Assembly (NCBI GenBank): GCA_964016885.1
Contig: OZ024743.1
Span: forward strand, 2,170,001 to 2,234,000
DNA: 64,000 nucleotides
Direction of reading: 5' to 3'
Origin: Eledone cirrhosa
Lineage: Eukaryota
A model generated the notes under the pieces. The model had not been told where the DNA came from, searched no databases, and saw only the letters and a list, made by a program, of their open reading frames with translations. The stretch's first letter is position 1. Each line of letters opens with the position of its first letter. This document shows positions 1 through 13,624 of this stretch, piece after piece. A program made the position numbers and the translations under genes.

Positions 1-415
1 CCTCGCTGGAGAGAAAACCCCAGATGCGTTCCTGATAGTAGGTATGGCGGAGGACTTCTTATTACGAAGTCGGCGGATGCTCTGCCAGAATACTGTCTTT
101 GACCTGAAGTCGGATTCCGGCTTAACTGCAACGTCATTCCATGTCTTAACTTTGGACGCGTTTACTTGTCTCTGCTGCAACTTTTCGTGCCTGCTTGAAC
201 CGCACGTGCAAGGAGGAGGACTTATTTCCAAGCCTAGCTTTATAGGCTTCCGTATTTGCACGGATGGTATATTTGACCACTTGATTAACCAAGGGGTCCT
301 TCTGTCACACGACACCACCCTAAGCCGCTTTCGCCTGCAGCATTTAACAGCTGAAGCAGAAACTGTCGAGCTGAACAGTCTCCACTGTTTCAACGTCATC
401 AGTTTACTCTGTGAA
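1..415 (-). mobile_element. RTE-like LINE ORF fragment (region between endonuclease and RT)
   Basis: Minus-strand translation, with frameshifts, gives ...RRTPW...NQVVKYTIRANTEAYKARL... and VFWQSIRRLRNKKSSAIPTIRNASG, typical of the RTE tether region. Confidence 0.65.
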
Positions 416-529
416 ATTACTTTTATTCAATTTATTGGACTTTACCCTATAGATTACATGAATGTTTTAATCTGTGGTCACGTCACTGCAATTTAATTTA
501 CTCGTTACTAAAACAAGAATAAGCTATAA

Positions 530-850
530 CTTTGGGATGCCACTTGCACCGACACTTTCTGCAGCCGCAACCTGGTGCAGTCTGCGACTAACCCAGGTTC
601 TGCTGCACGTCGGGCTGAGGGAGCCAAACTCCTCAAATACCGATCGCTCTCCGACAAGTTTGCGGTCGTACCCCTGGCAGTGGAGACTTCTGGTGTCCTC
701 GGCCCCAGGGCTACCACCTTACTCACCACCATAGGCGCTGAGCTGGCCAGCCGCAGGTGTGAGCCCCGCGAGTTGGAGTCGCTTTTCCAGCGCGTTTCCG
801 TTGCCGTCCTCCGGGGAAACGCCTTCTCCATTCTGTCCGCCGTTAGTTAA
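530..850 (+). mobile_element. 5'-truncated CRE-like non-LTR retrotransposon, C-terminal restriction-like endonuclease domain
   Basis: Open frame LWDATCTDTF...GSAARRAEGAKLLKYRSL...VPLAVETSGVLG...LFQRVSVAVLRGNAFSIL*. This matches the WDATC.DT / AE..K..KY / P.AVET.G..G / QR.S.A..RGNA signature of CRE-clade RLE elements. GC-rich relative to the flanks. Confidence 0.75.
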
Positions 851-1724
851 ATACCATTCTTTCAGTCGTAGACTAATATTCTATTAGGTGGTTCATATCT
901 CTAAATTATATTTTGTATTTTTAGCCGTTTATGAGAAATTATTATTTAGATTCTGACTGAAAGCAAGCTAACTTATTGAAGCCGTTTATTAAAGCTGAAA
1001 TTTAACAGTACTTATATACCTTTTACCGTAGGTAAAGCCAACGTATATACACACACGTGGATACTCACACATATACACACAGACTAATGCGCGCGCGCAC
1101 ACACTTTCACGCACACATACACACACACACTCACAAACACACACACACAAACAAACACACACACAGATGATATGTTTGGAAGCGTAGTTATTAATAGAAC
1201 TGAGCTTCAGTAGAGAAATATTTTTTAAAACAAATAAACATTAACAGGGACGCAACTTTTGCTAATATTTGGGAGTTGCTTCCCTTGCATAGATAAATTA
1301 CACTTCGATACTGTAGAAATGCTTAAAATTAATTAATTGATATGACTGTTTACAACATGAGTAAAAATTCACAATATTTGTGCTAATATTCAGTGAGTTA
1401 AATATACCGTGGTGTATAATTGGTACATTGGGAGAGGGAGTTCGACCAAAAGATGATTAAACAACATCAATTCAAGTAGAATTTACAGGGAGGTAACTTT
1501 TTAGTGACTATTTGTTTTTATCTGTGCTTCTTCTGCTCTTTTCTTTACTCATTTTTCGTGTTACATATATCTATTGAACAAATTTGAATTAATTATGTTT
1601 GCACAAAGAAAAAAAAAAAGGATGAAAGTCAGAGTTGAAATGTCGCTGACGTCTATTTGGCCTTTCATCCTTTTGAGCACATAAATCTAAGTACCTGTCA
1701 AATACAGCGATCAGGACATGAGGA

Positions 1725-3645
1725 TGCCATGCCTCAGCTGTCCCTGCCCAACATCTACTTGTCTGGAGGTGGTTGGCCTTGGTTGGTGTACCACCTCAGT
1801 CTTCTTAAAGCTAATTGTTAAGGATGTTACAAGGGCAGCAGCAAACAGTAAATCACTTGTTTAAGTGTTTTAGCCTTAAAGCGCTGATAGTTGAATAACC
1901 CACCTGTTGTAGGGAATTCAAATCTGGCATGTATCTAAGTCACCAAATGTATACTGGAGCATTACATAGAAGAATAAAACAAAGAGAACAGGAGCTATGA
2001 CACAATCCTGTTTCGTAGCGGTTGTGACACCAAAGGGTTCAGAACATTCACCATAATTGACATAATTGATGTTCTCATGACCTCATGATAACATTTGGCA
2101 TTTTGTCAGGTATGTCAAGCTTTTTCAGGATTTTGCATAGAGCTTTGTGATTGACAGTGTTAAAGGCTTTGGTCAAGTTGACAAAAACTATAAACAGTTC
2201 CTGGTTCTTTTCACGGGCCTTGACTGCAACCTGGTGAAGGGAGAAAATCATGTGAATAGTACTCTAACCTGTGTGGAAACCACATTGATTTTCAGTGTAT
2301 ATAATTTTGTTGAGAATGACATGGGCAAGTATCTTGCCAGCAATACAGAGAAAGGAGATTCCGTGAGAGTTGTCACAGATAGATCTTTTTACCTTTGTTC
2401 TTGAAGAGATGGGTTACAGATTCATCTCTGAAGACTCAAAGTACATGTTCAACCTTCCAGATTTTCACAAATAGCCAGAGAAGCTATGAACCAGTTTTTG
2501 ACTACCATATTTGAAAAGTCCTTTTTATCAGTAGCCTCTTGTAGTTCAGCTGCTTTAACTATCCACCAGGTATCCTTCATCTTTCTAAGTGAGGACTGTG
2601 CCTCCGGCCTACAGTCTTTATAGGTTTTCTTTTTAATTGTTGACTTTTTATCTCCAATTCAAAGCCTGTGTAGGTTATGCATCTTGTTGATAAGATTCTA
2701 AACATCTGAGCAGCTTTTTGTCATAGGAAATCCTAAGACTTCTACAGAAGCTTGCCAAGAAGCTTCAATGTCATCAGAAATCTGGAGAGAGTTGAGGGAT
2801 GAGTCAAGTTTTACAGAAAGTTACAGCCTCCCATCAGTGGATCTCAAAGCACCCACATCAACCTTGGGTGAGATAAGTGACTTTTGAAAATGCTTTTTAA
2901 TGGAAGATTCAATGAAACTGAGCAGCAGTGCATGATCCAAGAGATAGCAAGAAGAGTGAAAAGCATGAGTGATTTTTAAATCTTCTAGGTAATACTTGTA
3001 TGTGATGACATAGTCAACCATGCGCAAACTCTTGGATCTAGAATGCACCCATGTTGTCTTATGGTTTGCAGGTTGTTGGAAAAAGCTATTAGTAATGCTA
3101 AGATCAGAGTGAAAGCAGCCTAAGCCCTTTTGAGTTCATAGCACTAACTCCATTAAACACAAGAACGTCATGTTAAGTTTGATAATCACTTCCAACTCTA
3201 GCATTGAAATTTCCCATTATAATGAGCTTGTTCTTGTATGGAACAGTGGAGACCACTGTGTGAAGCTGATCATAAAATGTTATGATAACCTGCTCGGATG
3301 AATAAAGAGTTGGGATATAACAACTCAGTAGTGTAACAGAGGTGTTGTTTGCTAAATCCAGAGAAATAGTCATCATACGATCACTAACACTTTTGGGAAT
3401 GATGTTAGGGATATAGCAATGTCAGTTCTAAGGATAAAGCCAACAGCAGGCTGACAGTGGTCCTCTTCACTTCTTCAGGACTAGAAAACTGTGTATCCTT
3501 CTTCCACATCTTTCATTTGCGACGTGCTAGTGAGTTGGGTTTCACTTATCGCACAGATATCAATGTTAAATCTGTTGAGCACATTGAAGATGCTGCAGAC
3601 TTGAAATGCTGTCCTGGAATGTTTTCACATTCCAGGAACCAAAAT
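1725..3645 (-). mobile_element. Degenerate RTE (BovB-like) LINE, APE endonuclease plus RT remnants
   Basis: Remnant peptides TLLSCYIPTL...FYDQL...KLIIMGNFNARVG (APE), KTTWVHSRSK..MVDYVIT, KQDCVIAPVLF (RT) and LTISFKKTEVVHQP, with many stops and frameshifts. Confidence 0.85.
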
Positions 3646-4149
3646 TTTAATTTTAATTCTTTGTTTTATTTTGGTTGCATATGTGTATAAAACAGCCAGA
3701 GTGTACTACCTGATTGAGGAAACATTTGTTTAAGGCTTCTTTTACGGCCCCTTATAGTGTTCTGTATAAAACGACCTGCTTTGTCACAATCAGAGCACAT
3801 GAATAGCACAAATTGCTCATATTTGTGTATGAACAGCCATCATCTAATAGTCGCCACAGTGTAGAGCTCTAAGGATTTCCTGTAATACCCTTTACATGTC
3901 TCCGTCACCTTTGTTCTCTCACCAGCCAGCTGGGATATCAAATAGAACCAGTAGAGCTGTAGAGCTACCCACACAAATAGATTGTTTATAATGGTGAATG
4001 CTTGTGTTGGACCAGCCACACTTTTCGGAAATGTTGATAACAATGGATTGGTGCAAAAGTTCACCACAAACCCAGTGAACAACACACCTCAGGTATTTGT
4101 TGCCATTAACTTTCAACCTTTGATAGATTTTGTTTTTCATTCCACAAGG

Positions 4150-5000
4150 TGTCCAAAAATCACCCTCCACACCAAGCAAGCTCTACTGTGGGTTCCTTCT
4201 ACTGGGATTACCTGGCACTTCTTCACCCAGTGATCATCATCTATGTACATATGTCCATACCACCACAAGCTCCCCTCCTGCACACTACTTCTGATTCCTT
4301 TTATACCCAGTTTCTCTCTCAGTTCATCTATGTTTTGTCATTCTCACTACCATGCAGTATGACACTTTGCACACAGGCATCATACAGTTGATCTTTCATT
4401 CATAGGGAGAAACCTTTTGTTGTTAGCAGGAGTAACAATTGCTTTAACTTCTTTCATCCTGTCTTTATTCTAGCTACTATGCTCCTTGGGCACCTTCCTC
4501 CACAGCTAATTATATCATATAGGTAGCAGAATCTATCAACCACTTCTATGGATCCTTTCTGAGATTGAAAAAAATGTCTTCTTCTTCTTCTTCTTCTTCT
4601 TCACCCAATTATTACTGAGAGGATCGTGGGAGCAGAGTCCCCAAACCCTTCTTCCAGCAGGTCCTCTCAGAAGCAACCATCTTTAGCTGCTCCAGCTGGA
4701 TCCTCAAGCGAGACCAGCCAAGTTCATGAATGTTATCCAAACATCTTACTCAGAGTCTACCCCTGGGTCTCTTCCTGGTTTGTTTTGCCCGTAAAATATG
4801 TCCAACGATTCTTTCCTGAGACATTAAACCACATGCACATAGTATCGGAGCTGTGATCTCTCAATTCGAAAAAGTTGTGGCTCTACCTAGAGCGACTCTC
4901 TGAGCTCCGAACTCTGCACTCTATTGAGTGATGTTACTCCAAAGACATTTTTGAGGAACCCCAATGTGGTCACTTGTATTCGCGATCATATTCTTTCGAT
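4150..5000 (-). mobile_element. RTE-like LINE 3'-end fragments (two pieces separated by a (TTC)n tract)
   Basis: Minus-strand remnants WYGHVHR..KKCQVIPVEG and PGRDPG (RPRGRP-like) are typical of the RTE ORF C-terminus. (TTC)n at about 4578-4602. Confidence 0.55.
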
Positions 5001-5011
5001 CATTGTGGTGA

Positions 5012-5135
5012 AGGCACGTGGCTGAGTGGTAAGAGAATTGGATTCACAATCGTGAGGTTGGGAGTTCGATTTCTGGACCGAGCGATGTATTATGTCCTTG
5101 AGCAAGACACTTTATTTCACGTTGTTCCTTCTACC
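5012..5135 (+). mobile_element. tRNA-derived SINE head
   Basis: A-box TGGCTGAGTGGT, B-box GAGTTCGATT, then the recurrent core GTCCTTGAGCAAGACACTTTATTTCAC. Related copies lie at about 10575, 10840(-), 12865(-), 19685(-), 20205, 23200(-) and 23450. Confidence 0.75.
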
Positions 5136-5419
5136 TGGAGTTGCAACCGGTAGAGAGTATTAGCAATTGGAAAGACCAATGGAATGGAAACATTGTTTCC
5201 TCAGTTCAATTTGGTGAAAGTCAATCGACTATCAATTATTATTATTGGCACTTTTACTATCAACTGTCTGCCTGTTATCCCACTACACCCCTTGTGTTCC
5301 TAAGATTTGTATTGTGTACATCATATAGAGTTTATCTACATATCAAACAAGCCAATTCACGGGTGCGATTTGTGCCCTATCTCCTTTCCTATTTATTAAT
5401 ATTTTGGCTTTTGCTAAAT

Positions 5420-5790
5420 TTACTCTAAGCCCTTTTGATTCTAAGTTCTGTTTCCATAGTCAGAATTTATCTAGTTCTTCCACAGATCATCGGCATACAT
5501 GGAAAACCAATCTTAAATTCCTCTTGGGGGATGGAATAAAAAGAAATGGGCTAAGAATTGAACCCTGATGCACTCCTATTTGTACCTTGATCTCCTCATT
5601 AATCTCACTTTACTTACAGCTCCTCTGTACATAGCCTGCGCTACTCTTACAAGCCACTCTTCTACACCTAGTTCCCTTAAGACCACTAGGTGACTGATTG
5701 GGGCACTTTGTCAAAGGCTTTCTCTAAATCAACAAAAGCTAGATATAGAGGCTTAATCTTAGCTAAGAACTTCTCTTGTAGTTATTGCTG
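5420..5790 (-). mobile_element. LINE reverse-transcriptase fragment
   Basis: Remnant peptide LAFVDLEKAFDKVP...ELGVEEWLVRVAQAMY...GVHQGSILSPFLF...MYADDL contains the RT motifs. Confidence 0.85.
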
Positions 5791-6277
5791 TATATATATA
5801 TGCAAATAGGGACAAAGAATGAAATACATGCAGATAATATAAATGACTGGATAGCTTTATTCCAGCAATTTACTATTTTTGCCATTGCATGGTTTTCTTG
5901 AATCATCTTAACACTACAGTCACCACTCCCAATTGAGTATGACTTGGTAGTATCTTGCTTTTGTTAAAGATTTTAGGTGTCCATGCAGTTGCGGGTGGAT
6001 ATAGACATCCTCTCAATCCCCGTTTCCTTGATCCAGCAGAATATCCAAGATGTGACAACTGGAAGGAAGAAAAGAGGGAGAGAGAAAGAGGGATGTAACA
6101 GCATTCAGCAGGTACTTTCTTCAACAACCTCAAAAAGATGGAAGACAAAGTGGACCTAAGCCGACACAGACATCCTGTCAATCCTTCATCCCTTGATCCA
6201 GTGGAACATCTGAGATATGTCAACTGAAAGGAAAGATAGGATTGCATCAGCACTGCGCTGGTACTTTCTTTATCAAG

Positions 6278-6590
6278 GATGAAAGGCAAAGTGGACCTTG
6301 ACAGATGAAATGGAAAGTTGGGTGAAAGGCAAAGTGGACCTTGACAGATGAAATGGAAAGTTGGGTGAAAGGCAAAGTGGACCTCAGTGGGTGAAAGGCA
6401 AAGTAGACCTTAGTGGAGGAAAGGGAAAATGGACTTCAGTGGAGGAAAGGTAAAGTGGACTGTAGTGGATGAGAGATAAGGTGGACTTCGGTGGAGGAAA
6501 GAGGAAATGGACCTGTGGGTGACAGGAAAAATGGACCTGTGGGTGACAGGGAAAATGGACTTCAGTGGATGGAAGGTAAAGTGGGAATGC
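6278..6590 (+). repeat. Degenerate tandem repeat of a GAAAGGCAAAGTGGACCT SINE-tail motif (43-bp then ~23-bp units)
   Basis: Exact 43-bp duplication at 6281 and 6324, followed by about 10 decayed units. Confidence 0.7.
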
Positions 6591-7284
6591 AGTAATTTTA
6601 AAAGAAATATCCGATGCTCTAGTGACTCCACAAAATCAATCACCTGACCACTTCAACAAAAGCAACAAAAATAAAAAATAAAGAAGAAAAACAAGATATA
6701 ACTATTAAAATTTTGCTTTATTTCATTTTATTTATTTGCTGTTTGTCTTTTTTTTTAATAAAAAATACGAGATTTGTGAGGACATCATGACAGGAATATA
6801 TGGATTTCAAAGGCAGAACAAAATAAGGAAATATATTGAAGTAGACACAAATAAACAAAACAAAAGATAGGCACCAAAGAAAATATCATTAACAACAGCA
6901 ACAACAAGAACAAGAGAAAAAAAAAGAGGTAAGTTGTTTAGTATTTCATTTTGCTGTGTTTGAGCCTATGGCAGAATTTTGGTGAATATTTCATTTGTTT
7001 ACTAAATCCTTTATATTTTTTTAAAAACAATTTGAAAGACAATATCATTAAAACAGATAATTATCATTCAAAGATTGTTTTTTGTGTCCTCTGTTTGGTC
7101 CAAAGAATATATATGCAATGAAAATTAAAAAAATTTTTTTTTACAATAATGGTGAAAATATGTGTTTAAAGAAAAAACAAATTAAAAAATTAAAAAAGTA
7201 AATGAAAAAAATTATAATTATAATTATAAACATCTCATGTACGATAGATTTTCCAAGTACATTTAGTTCTAGACAGATGCATGT

Positions 7285-8700
7285 TCTATACATACATATA
7301 CACACACACATATATGTGTGTGTGTATACATATATATATATATTTACATGTATAAACAAATATATACATGTATATACATATATGCACATATATATACATA
7401 TATATACATATATGCACATATATATACATATATATACATATATGCACATATATATACATATATGCACATATATATACATATATGCACATATATATATATA
7501 TATGCACATATATATATATATATGCACATATATATCAATATATACACATATATATGAATATATATACATATATATATATATATTTAAACATATATATGCA
7601 TGTATATACATATATATACATACATATACACACACATATATATATATATATATATTCATATATAAATATACATATATATATATATATACATGCATATATA
7701 TATATACATATAATATGCATATATATATATAGGTTGAATGTGCGACATGGTATTTGTATATAGACATACTTTAAGTATTCACATGTATTAACAACAATAC
7801 ATGTAACAATTAGACCCCCTCCCCTGTATAACTATTTCTTATTCTTTGTATTTGGTTTTAATTCTTTTAAATATTTTTTTTGTTTGAATTTTTCATATTT
7901 TTTGTTCATTCTCCAGCCGAATATTTACAAGACACTTCATCCTAAACAGTGTTCGACACCTACTCTACTGTATTTTAACATCATATATAGTACAGCAGGG
8001 GGGGGGGGGGCTACAACACCTACTCTGTGTATATATATATACATACATATATGCATATATATATATATATATACTTATATACATATGCATAAATATATAT
8101 ATACTTATATACATATATATATATGCATAAATATATATATACTTATATACATATATATATATATGCATAATATATATATACTTATATACATATATATATA
8201 TATGCATAATATATATATACTTATATACATATATATATTCATATATACACACACACATAAATATATATATAATACAAATAATGGATTTTTTATATAATAT
8301 ATATACACATATAAATAATGAATATGATATATAAAACCCATACATATATATAGATATATATACACATACATATAATATAAATAATGTTATATATACATAT
8401 AATATACATAATATATATAAATCATCTCTGTCTCCCTCTCTTTCTATATATATATATATCTTCATCATCATCATCATCGTTGATATATATATTATTTTGT
8501 ACAGAAAAAAAATCCCTTGTGCTGTAATTCAAGAAAACTACTATTTACATACACCAAAATATCAACATATATATACACATACATACATATACACACATAT
8601 ATATTATATACATACATATATATATACATATACATATATACAAACATATACATATTTATATACATATCTATACATATGTATTACTATATTTATATTATAC
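7285..8700. repeat. Compound (TA)n/(CATA)n/(CA)n microsatellite fields
   Basis: Long TATACATATATGCA-type arrays at 7285-7730, 8030-8460 and 8565-8700. These are the source of the spurious YI/CV-rich ORFs. Confidence 0.95.
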
Positions 8701-9346
8701 TGTATCTAGGCACATTACCATTCCAACCCAAGGAAAACAGAATTTAAGCAATCCCTATTAGTTTTAACTAGTGGACACAGTCAATAACAACAGTGATAGC
8801 ATTAAATGTATTTAATCATTGTTGTCTAGGATTATATGCCATATATATCAGAATTACCGGATATATGAACCAGATAACTTAACGTCTTGCCTAAAAGATA
8901 CCCTATAGTTTATGTTAATTACTAACACATGAAACTGATAAGAATGATATTTTAATAATTTTAATAATTTTTACATTTTTTGTTGTTTTGTTTTAGATAT
9001 CTTTTCAATATTTGTATATCACAGTGGGTAGTGTATGTGTGTGTGTGTGTGTTGGTTTGACTTGTTAGTTTTCCTTATCTCCAAACTGGGACGGCCTAAA
9101 TGTATATAAATGTCGAAAATAATAATGATAATAATTCAATTTCTTGAATAATTATTACAATTATCATTATTATTATGATAAATTATAATAAACATAATGT
9201 AGATAATGCAATATATCAGTCTCTTAAACAGATTCAAAATCTTTTGCTTCAAGAACTGAGTGCTTTGTATTAATGCACTCACATATACATATACATATAT
9301 ATATATACATCTAAGTTATACATGATATATATATATATATACATAT

Positions 9347-9485
9347 ATTATGGGTAAATATTAAGTTTGGTTACTCTGGAGTTTCACCTGCAGACGCACA
9401 TGGTCATCTGACAAGATTTTTCTGATAATCATGTAGGTGTGCAGGTGAAACTCCAGAGTAACAAGACTCACTACTTAGCCATAAT
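9347..9485. repeat. Palindromic (foldback) element with ~65-bp arms and hammerhead-like cores
   Basis: GTTACTCTGGAGTTTCACCTGCA is perfectly inverted as TGCAGGTGAAACTCCAGAGTAAC. The arms extend to ATTATGG...CCATAAT. Flanked by (TA)n. Confidence 0.8.
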
Positions 9486-9544
9486 AAATGAATATTTTAA
9501 ACTTTACTTCAGTATTGCGTACTTCTTTCTCTCGTCTGTCAACA

Positions 9545-9581
<37 letters not shown>

Positions 9582-10099
9582 TGAAAGTTAATTCAGGGAA
9601 ATTTAATTATGTAATGACACAACCCTGTCTTAATGTTCATTTGTATAACAATATTCCATCATATTCTACATGATCTCATAACACTATAGGATCCATACAA
9701 CTGACATGGAGTGCTTAATACTGCTTGCACTGATGATGCAAATGCAATACTCACAATCAAATAAACACTTAATTAAAGACATCTCTTTATATATATATAG
9801 TACATAAATGTTCACTTGTGCGTGGAACTGGAGATAGAAGAACATCTGAGGAAAGTAACGTCGTCTGTACTGTTTTATATTTAGTTGTTAGTGTAATATA
9901 GAGCAGTGTCTGTGTGGATAGGTAAAATGTGTGCATGTGTGGACAGAACAGGTAAGATATGTTTGTGTGTGATAGAATGGAGGCAGCTTTATGTATTTTT
10001 TTAGAAAAACCAGAGATGTTTGATGTCAAAGGATATTTCACACACACATATACATATATATATATAAACACACGCATATATATGTATATAAATGTATAC

Positions 10100-10132
<33 letters not shown>

Positions 10133-11204
10133 AATATATATATCCATGTATACATACATCCATATATATACATACAATACATCCATATCCATATATATGT
10201 ACATTCAACATCATAACATAACACCTTTTTCCATGGTGGTATGTGTTGGATGGGTCATTCCTGACAAAGCCAGTCCTATTATATTCTCACCAACAGGCTC
10301 TTGACCGACATCTCAGTCCAATTTTGGTATGGTTTCTATGGCTGGATGACCTTAAATCAACAAATTTATCAGGTGAGGGATATTATATATTGCTTTTAAT
10401 AAAATTAAGTTATTAAATTATTACTAATTTCCTTAGAGATATATTTATTAATCATTTTGATGGGTACTTCAGTTTTCAAACTTATATTTAGATTTCAAGG
10501 ACAGAAATTATAGGTTAACTAAAATATATATCTCCGCATCAAGCATACTTACATATGGACTATGATATTTGTGGACACAGCATAGCCAAATGGTTATGAA
10601 GTTTGTGTTGCAATAATTAAGTCCAGGGTTCAACCCCACTGTGTGGCATCTTGGACAAGTGTCATTTACCATAGATTCAGGTTACTGTCAGCATGGAACT
10701 GTTTACATGAAACAATGGTGCTGATTAATATATACATTATATATGAAAAAAAGGAAACAAGCTGATCATCAGATCAGACTGAGGAACAATATCTTTCTAT
10801 TGCTGATACTACCTGCTGGTTGCAACCCTAGGCTGAAGGAACGAGAAATAAGGTATTTTGCTCAAGAACACAACACACAGTCCATTCAAGAATCGAACCC
10901 ACGACCTTATTATTACAAGTCCAACAACCTTAACTACAAGGTCACTTACCTATATATATATATATAGTTGCATAACAAATCAATAGTTTCTTCCATTCTA
11001 TATTTGCTTTAGAAATTTCTTGTATAAAATATGGACAGAAACAGGGTGTTGTTTTGATGTTTACAATGTGATATTGTGTTGCATGCTTTCTTGGCTTAAA
11101 TCTCTCTAACGAACATGGAGAAAACTCGTTATTAATAAACCTTCTGCATGCCTGTCTGTGTGCGTTCAGACAATAATAATAGTAATAATATTAATAATAA
11201 TAAT

Positions 11205-11640
11205 AATGGTTTCTGATTCTGACACAAAGCCAACAAATTTGTTTTTGAGGTGTAAGTTGATTATATTGACTCCTCTATTTGACTGGTACTTTATTTTATC
11301 AACCCTCACAAGGATAAAAGAAGGCAAAATTGACCTTGGCAGGATTTGAAACCAAAAGGTAGAAGGTTGTAACAAAATACTGTAATGCATTTCATCTAAT
11401 GCAGTAACAATTTTGCCAATCCACTACCCTGATAAATAATAATTATAATAATGGTTTCTGATTTAGGCACAAGGCCAACAATTTTGGGGAAGCGGAAAGT
11501 TGATTAAATCGACCCCGGTGCGTTACTGGTGCTTGATTTTATCGCCCCTATAAGGAGCGAGATTTGAACTCAGAACGTAAAAGACCATAACTATATGTAT
11601 GTTATCTGACGTTCTACTGTTACTAACAATTCACTGCCCT
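11205..11640 (+). mobile_element. Two tandem copies of a short interspersed repeat (GGCACAAGGCC...GGTACTTTATTTTATCGACC...GATTTGAACTCAGAA)
   Basis: The same motif family recurs at about 11860, 12580, 19815 and 24880. Copies are bounded by (AAT)n. Confidence 0.65.
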
Positions 11641-13563
11641 AATAATAATAATAATTTTTTTTTTTATTTGTCATAAAAGTGAAGTATGAAGAGACATTAC
11701 AAAAACAAAAACATTATGGCCCCATACCAATTTTTCTAATGAAGGAAATGTAGTTTGTAATTGGTATTTATTTCATCAATGACAGAATGATGGAGGGCTA
11801 AGTTAGGCTTTCAGAAAATAAATACTCTCTCTATTTACTTTGTCACCATTTATAAGATGTTCTAACACAGAGACAAGGCCACAAATGTTTGGAACTGAGA
11901 ACACTCAATTAGTGTAACGTTAACATACATGGCTGGTACTTTCTTATTTTAGCATTTTTGCAAGATTTCACCTCAGAATACAAAAGGATACAACTAATTG
12001 TTGCAACTCTCAACTGATTTTGCAAATCCAAAAATTCCCCTACCCCAACCTTGCCCCTCTCTGCTCAGACTGAGGACACAGTTGCTCTAGTGTTAGAGCC
12101 ACACAAGAATGCACCTAGTCCACTCTGTAAAGTAGTAGTGTTACTGCTACAATAAGATGCATCCAGTCCACACCATAAAGAAATAGTGCTGGTGCCATGA
12201 TAAAATGCACTACGATAGAGAGACACATATAAATGGAAATGTATGGCAGAAAGAGAGTGGTTGTATGGTAGAGAGAGTAAAAAAGAAGAGATATCTGGTA
12301 GTGAGAGAGGAAACGGTATGTTACACCGTGAGAGAGTAGCATATGTTAGAGACACAGAGAGACATACAGATAGAAAGAGAGGATAAGGTACAATAGAAAG
12401 ACAGAGAGATAAAGAGAGGGGAAGGTACAGTAAAGAGAGACACTCAGATAAACAGGTGTGATAGAAAGTATGATTAACAGGGGGAGATAACTAATAATCA
12501 TCAAGGACAATTGATTGCTTTTTTTTAATTTCCAATTTTTTTTATTTTCTTCCTCCCTAAACACCAAACTAAAATACAATAACGGTTTCTAGGACCAATA
12601 ATATGAGAGAAGGGAAATTGACCCCAATATATGGCTGGTGTTTTATTTTATCGGACTCAAACAGATGAAAAGTGAAGAAATACATAACAGGAAAACTGTC
12701 TTCAGATTGGTGAAATTTTGATGAAATTCCTTGAAATTCATTTGACCAGATTTGTGTGACATGTTATATTGTTTGATATTTTAATTCATCTTGTTATGCA
12801 TCAGCAGTTTTTCATGCCTAAGGAGTATCAGAAACAGATATGTACATACAAGTAGAGCAACATGAAATAAGTGTCTTGCTCAAGAACACCTGTGCCACTG
12901 GGAATCTAATTCACGAACATATTCGTAAGCTGAACACCCTGACCACTAAACCACACACCTTCACAAAGACTCACATGCATATATATGAATATATATATAG
13001 TTTAAAATAATAGAGGTGTACATGAAGGAATATACAATGTGTGTATAACATTCATAGTGAAACATATATGTATGTTTATTATACATAAACATATTATATA
13101 TGCCTTCATGTGTTCCTCAATTATGAATCACACTATGTTAGTGCTACAGATAGTATATAAATATATATCTGCCGATCAGTCTCTCTCTCTGGGGGTGAGT
13201 GTGACACGCTCTGCTGATGGCACTCCAGTAGCATGAATAATTCATACTCAGAGCACAAAGAGAAACAACAGATATCACAAACGCAACTCATCCTATGTTC
13301 TAATAATGCCACTAGCCCACGCTACTGGACTGGATTGGACTGAACTGGTTATTTATGAAGCCTGAAAATATGAAAGATAAAAAGACAGATTTGACTCCAG
13401 CAGTAACTGATTTCAAAAAGCAGAGAGCTAGAATAAATACTGCAAAGTATTATGTCCACTATTGTATCTGCTAATATATATATACACACATATGCATGTG
13501 TGTATATTTATACACACACATTATATATATATATATATTACACACACATACATGCATAGACAC

Positions 13564-13622
<59 letters not shown>

Positions 13623-13624
13623 CT

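Noticed and set aside
44-496. 150-aa plus-strand ORF
   Set aside because: It is the antisense shadow of the minus-strand RTE LINE fragment and has no recognisable domain.
5012-5085. tRNA gene
   Set aside because: A and B boxes are present, but there is no clean cloverleaf and it continues into a core shared by many dispersed copies, so it is a SINE head.
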